A program made the translations under genes and the position numbers. Shown one piece after another: positions 50,201 through 62,200 of a stretch of 64,000 nt of DNA (within the stretch, counting starts at the first letter, position 1; each line of letters begins with the position of its first letter). Source of the stretch: Carcharhinus longimanus (taxonomy: Eukaryota); the NCBI GenBank assembly GCA_030264375.1, contig JASCQW010000119.1, forward strand, positions 33,932,277-33,996,276. Reading direction: 5' to 3'. The notes below the pieces were generated by a model. The model was given only the letters and a program-made list of their open reading frames with translations. It did not search any database and had not been told where the DNA came from.

Positions 50201-53200
50201 GACGAGCACAAACCCCCACCCCATTGCTGGCCTCCTAATGGCTGACCTCCCAATCACTAGCATGATTCCCCACCAGCCCTGACATTGCCGGCCCTGACAG
50301 CCACCCCTCTGCCCTGATGCTGACCTTCTAATGGCCGGACCTGGCCTCTGATCTCTGATCTCTGATCGCACCACCAGCCCCCAACCCCCTTGCAGAGATC
50401 TCCTCATTCCCTCCCCTCCTTCCTCCTTCCAACCAGATCTGGCTCCATCCTGTCTGGCTCTGCCTCCTCATGGCCTGACCCACAGCACTGCCTGGTGCCT
50501 GCTGGGCAGTGCCAGGGTACCCAATGGGTAGTGCCAGGGTACTAGGTTGGTACTACCAGAGTGCCAGGCTGGCACTGCCCCAGAGGCACTCCCCTGTGCC
50601 CCCAACCCTCTCAGGGGCTCAATGATCTCTGGTCCCACCAGCAAGTCCATCACACCTAGTTCCCATTGATAGGGACCATGCATGATCCCTGCTGGTGTGG
50701 ACCTCTGCTTGTGGGGTCAAAAACATTAGAGAGCCCAAATAATTGCATCCCAGGCCCACTAAATAGATGCAAAGCAGCTTCTGAATATTGTAATCAGCCT
50801 CAAGCTGTTCCACGGTGCGAGGCTGATTATGTTAAAAAAAAAATGGTCTGGGAAGATCGCAACCAGACACCGGTCATGATTCCTATTTTTGGCCATGCGC
50901 TGACATTTTCCGGCCCGTTGCGCTACTCAAGCAGCACAGCGAGCTGGGAGAATCGTGCATATAATTTGTAAAGGCAAAATTCAACATTTCCATGGACGTC
51001 CTTAGGAATGTATTATTACATGGAATTTTCCATTCTGGACGCCAAGTCTACTTATGGACAGGAAAGTCAACGTGAGTCCCATTTGCTGGAAGGGTGGATT
51101 TTCATGCTTTTTTTTTGCTTTTAAACTAATTAATTATGCATCAACAAGGAGCACATTGAATCTCATGGCAGGGTGGGCAGTGATTCATGTCCATCCATTA
51201 CTTCATAGGGTTAAAAATCCTGGCACCACATTTAAATGGAATCCGTACAGACATTCGCTGAAGGCCATGGATATCTGTACTACTCTGGTGCCCATTACCC
51301 TGGTGCCCAAGCACAACAAAGCCTTGGCTTCACAATTCAGCTAGGTCTCCCTGGAGATTCACCTCTAGGAAAGGCACAGCCTCCTCTTCCTGAGCAATAA
51401 GATCAGGATGCTCTCCCATCTGACTATTCTGGTTCAGGAGGAGGTCCCTGGAGGTTGGAAGGGGGGATGGGGTTCATCACCTATGACATTCAGAAAGTAA
51501 GAAGTGAACATAAACTCACACTCTCATAGGGCATCAGGCAGTCTAATTGTTAGAGTTCACACGGTTGTCATACATTATCAGTGGACTGGAAATTAGCACT
51601 GATTATCTGCCAGCTATTTTAAGATCAGCAGTTCATATAAGATTCTGCACAAACGAAATTTTAATCCCTTATTGGGATGGATTCAGCACATTCAATAGGC
51701 TTGTATGTTTTTGAAATGCTCTTTCCTTCATAGTGCCCACAGGCAATCCATCTGTCTTTATGCAAGGACAAAATTGCTCACAACCGACAGGAGAGAGCAA
51801 AGACTGGAGGGAGACCCCAGAGCCAGAGACATTCACCTCCCAGGAGAAGCAAGTAGCAAGTTCACTGAAGAGGATAGCAATTGCTCCTGCATGAAAGCGA
51901 GATTGACCTCCCTCAAGAAGCCAGTGAGGGTCCATCCAATATGCTTCAACAACATGGAGATAATAACTATGCAACCTACAGTGNNNNNNNNNNNNNNNNN
52001 NNNNNNNNNNNNNNNNNNNNNNNNNNNNNNNNNNNNNNNNNNNNNNNNNNNNNNNNNNNNNNNNNNNNNNNNNNNNNNNNNNNNNNNNNNNNNNNNNNNN
52101 NNNNNNNNNNNNNNNNNNNNNNNNNNNNNNNNNNNNNNNNNNNNNNNNNNNNNNNNNNNNNNNNNNNNNNNNNNNNNNNNNNNNNNNNNNNNNNNNNNNN
52201 NNNNNNNNCAGTGTTGGTGCCTGCCGAGTCAATCACTAGTCAACTTGTTTCTCTGTTCCAGCCACCAGCAAGGAGGAAGAGTTCCAGCTAGCGATCAGCC
52301 TTAGTCCCTGGGGAACCTTAGATGAGAAGCCAGAGAAGGAATTTTATGAAGATCCATTATTGCATTCACATGGACCCTGAACTAGCACAGACACATGCAC
52401 CTCAGTGGAACATAATTCTAGAGTAGGCTTGGAGTCACAATCTGGTGATCGCCTCATGGAAAATTGTCCACTGGGACATGGAAGCAGTGACAACCGAGGT
52501 CTCTGAGACCAGGCCCCTTCAGAGTCTCAGTCTGATGACAAACCTCAGGAATTGGCCCTGAGAGAAATGTGGAGTGCAAAGACCAATTGGGGAATAATGG
52601 TTAGGGTTGTCAGACACCATTACCAGACAAGCACGAAGGATGGAGGAGTCTGTCCACATTCTGACTGATGTCATGGCTCCAGCATGCAAGTCTCCATGGA
52701 AAGGTTGCGGCCATCTTGGAGACCCAGGTCCAGAATTTGGTAACTTTAACTTTCCCTTGCTAGCTATGTGCTTCACAAAATCTCTGTGAGTTCACTGAGC
52801 TCGAATCAATATATCACTAAAACATGACTGTGCACTCATTAGCTTAGGATTCCTAGAAATGATTGGCCTTTGTGAGAAGGCCAATGTCAAGGATTGTCCT
52901 GATATGGAAGCAATATTCTGGTACATCTTCTGAATGCACAGCCATATTGATGAAGGAAATGAATGAAAAAACTGATTGGTCCGCATCTCTCCCAGATGCT
53001 AAGGTAATGCAGCAGGTAAACTTGGCAGGCTTCTGATGAATGTAGGGTTATGAGTGTTTGTCAATAATCACATAATGATCCTGCTGAACTACTTCCTGTG
53101 AGTGCTAACCTAACTTGCAATTTTGTGATTATGCTGTCATGTTTCAGATCATTGTGTCTTGACATCCAATGGCACCTTGGAGCTCAGTATCAAAATGTGA

Positions 53201-56200
53201 TCTCTGTATTAATTGTGCAAAAATGGAGAGATAGTGCTCTCTGGATGCAGCTCCCTCTTTAGACAATCAGCACTAATCAATGAATGTTTCTGTCTCAGAA
53301 TCACCTTGCTAAGCAGCTGTCACATTGGCAAGAGGGCATTAATGTGTGCAATAGTGTTGCATCCTCTTGAAGAATGCAATTGCTTTTGACTTGTTGGAGC
53401 CATGGTTGAAACAACTGCACTGTGTGTAGTTGCCTAATGATGTCTCCTATGTTCACAGAGTGAAATCCTCTTCTACAAATGGATTTCACAGGCTACTGCC
53501 AAGCAGTTCTCAAGGCCACATGTGTGCAGTCAGTTGCGCCCTACACTTGTGGAAAGTGTGAAATTGCTGCAAATCCAACAGTTCTAGCAGCATGGCTTGC
53601 CCCATCCATGTAGAACTGCATATAATGATGAGCTGTATTGAAGAAGGTATCTGTCATCTTCCTTATATGTGTGCATGTCATCAATTGTGAGATTTTGCAA
53701 AGATTACCAATGGAATCCTAGAAGGATCTACAGTGGATCTAAAGTACAGTGTGGTGGTGACCTTCAGAGTGACCTGCATTGGATACATCATTGTAGTATC
53801 AGTCTCGCACAAAGTTGTGGCAAATATGGACTAGCATATCCTGAGACAAGCAAAAATGCCTGTAGCACTGTCTTTCATTTGCCTCCATGTATAAGCTGTG
53901 TCTTCTGTAAATCCTTGGGCACGTCAAACATTTTTGTGGATATGGTCCCTCCTCATTGACATCCAGATCTTCCTGAGGTTTCATTGGCTCTTGTTCCTCA
54001 AAACAACACTCATCCTTGAGCTGTGCTAATTGGCAGTGGGCCCTTCTTCTGCTTGATCTAATTAAATCCTTCAAGGAAGAAGTGTTGTGTGCAACCTGCA
54101 TCATCCATCCACTTTGTATCTGTGAATGGATATAATTGAAGAATGAATGGTTGTTCCCACAGAATGCAATTTCCACTCTACTTTGGAGATGGAGAAGGAG
54201 ACTTTCCCTTCGTCTCCTAAGGCTATTTTCAGAAGGCGTTTGACAAGGTACCTCACAAGAGGTTATTGCAGAAGGTCAGGGGACATGGAGTTGGGGGTAG
54301 GNNNNNNNNNNNNNNNNNNNNNNNNNNNNNNNNNNNNNNNNNNNNNNNNNNNNNNNNNNNNNNNNNNNNNNNNNNNNNNNNNNNNNNNNNNNNNNNNNNN
54401 NCTTATTGAATGGTGGGGCAGGCTCGAAGGGCTAGATGGCCTACTCCTGCTCCTATTTCTTATGTTCTTATGTCCTCCATCCCCTCCAATAACACTCAGC
54501 ACCCATTCACTTGACATCGCCACAGTTCCACTCTCCTACCCTACTGGCTGTCACTGTCCCCTTTAACTGCCACCATCCCTTCTTACCATTGGTACCATCA
54601 GTATGTCCCCAAGGAATCCTCCATTGAGTCCCCTGACCTGTCCCTCTAAACTCCTTTCCCCTCTGAATGAAGATGATCGAGAAGCTCAGAGATCAAATCA
54701 CCAATTTGAAGAGACTGGGAGCCCCTGAAAATGACATGGGACAGTACCAGTTTGACAAGCCCACCCTGAAATAACTGATTGGGAATGAAGTTTGATACAA
54801 TACTGACTTGAGCTCCATTTCCTGTTCTGAACTGTTGCTGTATTTGGAAGTAAAAATATTTATTGTTGACTGTGGTGATGTCAAATGGAGGGATGCTGAC
54901 TGTTGTTGGAGGGGATACAGAAGGTGACTAAGGAAAAGTCATGGAATGGAAATTGCATTCATCCCTTGTATATAGAGGAAGACCCTTCCACGGGAACAAC
55001 CATCATTCTTCAATTGTATCCATTCACAGATACAAGGAGTGGAGCATGCAGGCTGTAAACAACACCTCTTCCTTGAAGGCTTTGATTAGATCAAGCAGAA
55101 GAAGGGCCCCTCATTTCCTGATGGCCATCCACACCCCCACAAGCCTAACCCTGGCCCACACTTTAGCATAACACTTCTCACCCTTCAACTCCATTCTAGT
55201 TCATATATTGTACCACTCCAGCTGAATCTCTTTCTCAACCACCCTTACCCTCCCCCTCCTTTCACTTCTTCATTCCTTTGTTCCCCGTTTATTTTCCCCC
55301 TCCCCAGCACATGCCATGATGTCTCCCAGTATCTCCTGCAATGTTTACGATCCGAGGCCTGTAAGAAGTGACAACTTAAAGGTTCAGACCCTAGGAGAAG
55401 TTCCTGCTTAACGATCCTGAACCTGGGAGAAGTTGCTGCTTGAAGTTCTGGACCCTGACAGAAATTGCTGCTTGAATATCCAGACCCCGGGAGAAGTTGC
55501 TGCAATGAGATTTGGACCCTGTGAGAAGTGGCTATGTTGACAATATCCACCTCTTGGATGTTGCTGTGCATGGATGATCCATGTAGTTGATATTCCATCT
55601 ACCCATTGCTACATTTCGTGTCCCAGGGTTTGATCACTTGAGGCTTCCATGTTTTCCTAATTTTCTCAAACTTCCCCAGGCCTTCCTAAAATAAATGCTG
55701 ATATTTACATACCATGTCAGTCCAGACATGTTCTGGACTGGCATGATTATGCGACACGGTTGTTGGGGGCTGGGGTGGAGCAGGGTGGAGGGGTGAGAGG
55801 AAGAGGGAAGGGGTGGATGTTTGATTCCTATCAAGCTTTCATCTGCATCCCATTAGCAGGATGCAAATTGGTTTCACGCTAGCCTCTGGCAGGAATTGCA
55901 ATCCCAATGGTAAGTGGAAATGGAAGATCCCATTGTCATTTTATACTGACGGGGAACCAAATTTTTTGTAGCTCCTGACAAATTGAACCCCATCTGCCCT
56001 TAAACCCACTATGGGGGGAGGGAGTCTGGAAAATTCCACCTTTGTTTCTGGAGCAGAAATCACAATTTTCTAATTTAGAAGTGAGAGTGCCAAATCATAG
56101 CTGGCACTCCTCCCCAGATCTGATGTTTGTCAATCACTGGAAGTTCAACTCCAAAGGTGTGACTTAAGCCTTTTTTATATACAGCTTTAACTAGGTTTGG

Positions 56201-59200
56201 TTTGCTCAACTGCAAGTACAACCATCCATTCCTAATGTGGTGTTTTGAGCTGGGGCAGATCACAGCTCTTATAGGAATCAAACGTCACTGGAAACCACCC
56301 AGATGGCAACAACTGCCCCCTAGCACAGAGAACAGAACTCTGAGACAGAGTATGTTCCTAGGAAAATATTAGATTTTTGTGGATTGATTACTATCTTCCT
56401 TTTGTTGCAGTGAATTTCTTGAAAGTCATCAGAATGAATTGGATTTGCTAACCATGCAACAGAAAGACGTGAAAAGAAACTCCAGGCTGGTATGTAGATA
56501 AATCGCAAAATTATTGTTCATTTAATTGGATTGATAAGGCCACTGTTGTTTGTATTGTTTCATCATTTCCAACTACCTACTCTTGGTGGAATTTTAAAAA
56601 GCCAATAGCACTAGAGCAGTATAAAATATGAGCTAAATATTCATGTGGGAGGTGGGAATTCAGAGATTGGACTAGTTCCACTTCCCATTCCCACCTATGT
56701 CTTGGAACACCTGAAAGATGGGATTTCTGTAAAGGGTTAATATCAGAAGGAAAGCGCAATATATTATCCAACCGAATGTTATGGAACTAGACCCATATGC
56801 AGCGCCCGACCCCAACACCCAGGTGAATCTCATGGCTTATGATGCTGATGCAATAATTGTAGATTGAATGATCACATGAGAACATGAAGGCATGGCTACA
56901 AGAAAGTTCATGTGGCAGCAACATGGGAGTAATCCCCAGGAGTGTGTTCAGAGCACATGTGTTGAAATTGCTGCTAAACTAAAGTAGGTGCTAAGCTACT
57001 GAATAAACCATTAATTGTTGGAAGTCCTTGCTGTCAACAATTCAGGACCCCACAACATTTACATGGTGCCAGAAGTTGACAGTATGGCACAAGGACTTCG
57101 CCACATTGATTCACTCATTCTTGATGAAAATATTGCAAATATTTGGGAAAAGTTTGAGGAGTGACATAGTTACGGAGATGCTGCATTGTCTGATGAGTCA
57201 AAAAGGGTACAGGCTACAATCTGTTAAGCTTATCAGGCTCTGAGGCATTGAAAACTTTGACTCATTTGCTTTCCAGGCAGAGGAGGAAAGAGTGGACCCT
57301 ACTAAGTTTGTGAATATGTTTCCCAGTTAAAAAAAACATAACCCTAGATGGACATGCATTCAACTCAACTAACCAAAGAGTGGCTAAATCAATACAACCT
57401 TAGACGCCACCTTGAAAATATTGGCAAAGAAATGTGTGTTTGAAACGCTCACTGACGAACCAATCAGCAATTGGATGATGTGTGGAATCCATAGCAATTT
57501 AGTCCACAAGCAGCTGCTGTGAGAGAAAGATCTAACATTACGAACAGCCATTAGTACCTGTATGTTAAACAACCAATCAGAAAAAAGCAGAGATAATAGG
57601 TGGGGAACAGAAATACCCACAGCATGGGATCACCTGCTCCAACTGCAGTGGCCAGCCCCTCCAAACAGAATGGTTTATTTTACATATGGTAAAAGATGCA
57701 ACAAATGTTGGAAATGGAATCACTTTGCAAAGTGCTGCAGATCAAAATCACGCAGCCGTCCTCTGCCATCAGTAACATGACAGCGGGAGGGTACTCCATG
57801 GATAGGAGCATTATTAAGGTGAATAAATTACAGTTCAGCCAAAGCAACAAAACCACAGAACCTTCAACAACACTCTTGCAAAATTGTTGACACTGTCACA
57901 GAAAACGGTGAGATCAACGTAATTGGCAATAACACAAGACTAAAGTTAAAGATTGACACTAGAGCAAAGTGCAACATAATATTCACCCGAATGTTATGGG
58001 AACTAGACCTATAGTGGCCCTAGATCCTAGATCCCAGCACCCAGGCAGACCTCACTGCTTATGGGGGACAAACCACTACATCAAAGGTGTAACCACTGTC
58101 CAATGCACACAGGGCAATTTCGCATTTCATATAGTTGAACAGAATGCAAAAATANNNNNNNNNNNNNNNNNNNNNNNNNNNNNNNNNNNNNNNNNNNNNN
58201 NNNNNNNNNNNNNNNNNNNNNNNNNNNNNNNNNNNNNNNNNNNNNNNNNNNNNNNNNNNNNNNNNNNNAATTGGTAAACTACCAGTTGTATATCAAGTGT
58301 GATTAGGCGATAGCACCACCAGCAGTCAAAGCTTCAAACTGAGTCCAGTAGCCATGAAGCAGAAAGTAGTCAATGAGCTGCATTGGATGATAGCACTAGG
58401 TGTCATAACACCAACAGACAAAACCACGGAATGGTATTCAGTAATGGTGACTACAGTAAAGAAAAATGGCACAGTCAGGATATGTATTGACCCAGTGCAA
58501 CAACGCACTGCTTAGACCTCATCATCCTATAAAGACAGTGGAACACACGATGGCAGACATGTCGAATGCTAAGGTGTTCAGCATTCTCAGTACAAAATGT
58601 GGATTCTGGCAAATCCATCGCGATTTGCAGCACCATACACAACCTGGTGCTCCAGTGGTGGGGAGGCCCCTCCATTAGGCCAAGCCACATTCTCTGATGA
58701 CAACCAGACTTAGGACGACCTGAGGACAAGCAGGGAGTCATCATTGGGCTCAGACCATGAATGGCTCCTCAGTTCAATGTCGGCTGCAAGAAGTAATGCG
58801 ATTTGAAGCAGAAAGTGCTAGAAATAGTCGGTTGATCTTTCAGCCTCTGTGGAAAGACAAACAGAGTTAAATGGCAGAATATGACTCTTTTTCTGAACAT
58901 ATTATTCAGACGTTATTTAGTCTTGGACAAAAGTCCTGAATGAGACACTGCTGACATGAGTCCACACCACAGAATGGAAAAAGCATTTTATCACCTGTTG
59001 CTGCTCCACTGTTTTAGTGTCCCCCCTCAATACTGCTTTCTTCATGGAGTGTTGTCACCAAGCATGGATCATGCATACTTGCTATTTTGTCTTTAAATGG
59101 GTGGCAGGTGGCACAGTGCCAAGGACCTGGGTTCAATACCAACCTTGGATGACTGCCTATATTGAATTTGTATCTTGTCCCTGTGTCTCTGTAGATTTCC

Positions 59201-62200
59201 TCTGAGTGCTCCGGTTTCCTCCCACACTCCAAAGATGTGTGGTGTTAAACTGTCCCTTAGTGTCAGGGGGGTAATCAGGGTAAATAAGTGAGGTCACGGG
59301 GATAGGGTCTGGGTGGGATTGTTGACAGTGTAGCCTCGATGGGCCAAATGTCCTCCTTCGGCACTGTAAGGATTTTATGATCCTCTAACTTCTGGTTCAC
59401 AGCCTAACCCTCTTCCACTGAATGTACACATCATATTGAGTGTGGAGCCACCTNNNNNNNNNNNNNNNNNNNNNNNNNNNNNNNNNNNNNNNNNNNNNNN
59501 NNNNNNNNNNNNNNNNNNNNNNNNNNNNNNNNNNNNNNNNNNNNNNNNNNNNNNNNNNNNNNNNNAAATCCAGTCCTTTAACATTTATAGCATTGTGATA
59601 CTGATGAGTCAAAGTTTTCAAAACCTTAAGATTTGCATTCCTTATTAATTTAAACAATATTAGCTTGGCGTGATTCATATTTCATTAAACAACTACTTGG
59701 TGTTGCTGTTGATGGTGACATATACCTGGGGAATAAAAGTAACTCCATTGTATTTATTAAACTCTAGTCCATCATTTATCATTGGGTTCTGCTAGTTATG
59801 ATTCAGAAGTGCTTCAATAATGATGGTTTAGAATATTATTAATGTATTTATTTTCTCCTCCAGAAACTAGAGTGGAAATAAAGCACTTACTGTGTTTTTG
59901 TTCAAGAAACATTGCAGCAATTTAATTTTGTAGTTCTGTATTAATTAATGGACTAGCATAAAATTTACTTGCAAGATCTTTTAACAGTTATTGCATACTT
60001 TACTACATTTGTTATCCAATAAGCCACAAATAATTTTTATGCAGTTAAATTAACCTATACACTACCAAAGGATTATCAATCCCCATGAACATATTCTTGT
60101 GACAAACTTGCTTGTAATATTGTGGATAAAGAAAACACATTATTTTTGCCTATATCTAACGCACGGATAACAAATATTATGAATGTCATCCATTATATTC
60201 AAGTTCCATCAGAAACCCCGTATCTTTGACATTGACTCCAGCCCCCTCATTAGCCACTGTCTCAGGCAGAATCAGATTATTCATAACCTTGGCATTCTGC
60301 TTGACCCTGAGTTCGACCTCTATTATCAAACAGTCTACTTCTGTCTGTAATATTCTCTAACTCTCCTATGGTACTGATATGGTATTGAAATCAACATCCG
60401 TAAGACCAAAGACATAGGAGCAGAAGTAGGCCATTTAGCCCATTGAGTCTACTTTGCCATTCAATGAAAATTGGAAAGAAGAGACCCTCATAGTGCTAAA
60501 CCCCAGCTCTTGCTGTAGAAACACAAACCCCCACCCCCAACTCTGTTGAGCCATCAGGAAACCCATTTTACAAATTTCCTCCTGCCATTTTCACCAAGGC
60601 CTTGCTCCATCCATGATCCTAAGCCTAATGAGTGTTGTAACAGCAGCAGCAACTACCTCCCCTATGGAATTGCTGTTCAATAGAGATTCCAGTTTATGAT
60701 TGGTCAGCTGCTCATGGTGGGCGGGACTTCCACACCCAGGGTTCTTGATCCTGGGGAAGGTCCCTTACAGTCCTGCAAAATGCCTGAGTGAGACTCAATG
60801 TGATGGATCTTCCCTGAAAAAGGTGACACAAAGACCTCGGCAATTCTCCAGTCAGCGGGCCTACCCTCCTCCACGCTGTCTTCTACTTGCCCAACTCCAT
60901 CTTGTCTGAAATTTTGTAGGAGAGGGTGGAGGGAGGCAACGTTGGACAGCTCAGCCACCCTTACCTTTAAGAGCCATTGAAGGGTCTTATCCTGTCCCTG
61001 CTACTTTATCTGCACTTGCAGGGGGTGTGGGGGGGTGGGGTACTGCTGTGGGAGGCTGCCATTAAAGAGGAAAAGCAACTTCAACTGTGCAGGCTAGTAT
61101 TAGATCTTTTTTGCAGGTCACTTGGTTACATCAGAGATACTCCTTCAACTCCAAACTCCAGAGTAACCCCCAATCTAACTCTCAGCCTGGCCTCTTGAAA
61201 CTGGCTCCCCAACCTTCCACAAACTTGAACTTACCTAAGCTCCTCAGTGTGATACGACTGCCTATTATCCCAGCAGTGGTAACTCTCCTAATTGATGTTG
61301 CTGGGACTACAGCAATCTAATTGGCAGGCAGCTCTCTAAAGGGGACTTCCATCTAAAAGAGAATTAAAATACAGTGGTGCTGCTGTAATAATTGAGGGTG
61401 GGACATCCTGATATTTCAGACGGGGCTTGTGGGGGGGTGTAGGTGTGACTTCTTGGAATCGAGTCAAATCTAGCTCTATGTTCCTTTGCCTTTTTTTTCC
61501 AGTTCACCCTCCTTTCAGGCCACTATATGGATTTGACTCCTTAAACCTCTGCCCTCTCCTTTTCTATGATCCTCCTTAAAACATAGTTTTGAGCATCCTT
61601 TGGTCACCACATCAATTTTCCTCATTTGACAGCAAATATTTTCCTCACAACTCTGTGTAATACTTTGGGATGTCTTTCTGAATTATTAGGTTTTTTAAAT
61701 TCTCAGCACTGATGCTGATATTGTGTTGTCAAGTCTTATCTTTGCTATTGAACATATTACTTACACATTGCATCATTAGATTGCATTATGGGAAGGGTGG
61801 GAAAAGATTGTAATAAATTTCTCTGGTTCATTGTGCTTGTGGCTTGCTTCTGTAGCACTTTTGAAAAAGATCGAATACTAATATTTATATTCCTTATGTT
61901 CCAGGCTTTTTTATATGATCTAGATAAGGTAAGTGTGCATTTAATATATATGGGAAAGGGATTTTCGATTTCCACCGGAATCAGTCACCAAGCTGGAGTA
62001 TTGGCTACTTAGCCTGCCCGAAGCTGGTGTCAAGATGCTTACGCTATTTTCAGATGCTGGTTTCATTTGAAAGAATGCTGGCAAGCTGCAAGTGTCAAAT
62101 GGTGGGTAATTGACCTGGTTCACCAAAGATTACATGTCAGGGAATTGAGCAGGGTCCTGCAGCAAGCCACAATATTTTTGTAGAACCAGCAGGAACCATA

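Larger units (their letters stand above)
51092..56040. mobile_element. Decayed, once-autonomous PIF/Harbinger transposon: Myb/SANT-like gene (+, ~51310-52750) and convergent DDE transposase (-, ~53100-54176)
   Basis: Minus-strand peptides [55 protein letters not shown] and RRGFHSVN resemble HARBI1-type GFP.V.GAIDCTHV and NRKGFHS.N. Termini are GGGTGGATTTTC...GGAAAATTCCACC. Confidence 0.8.

Noticed and set aside
55345-55535. CRISPR-like periodicity
   Set aside because: The units are contiguous without unique spacers, in a vertebrate genome with no cas genes.
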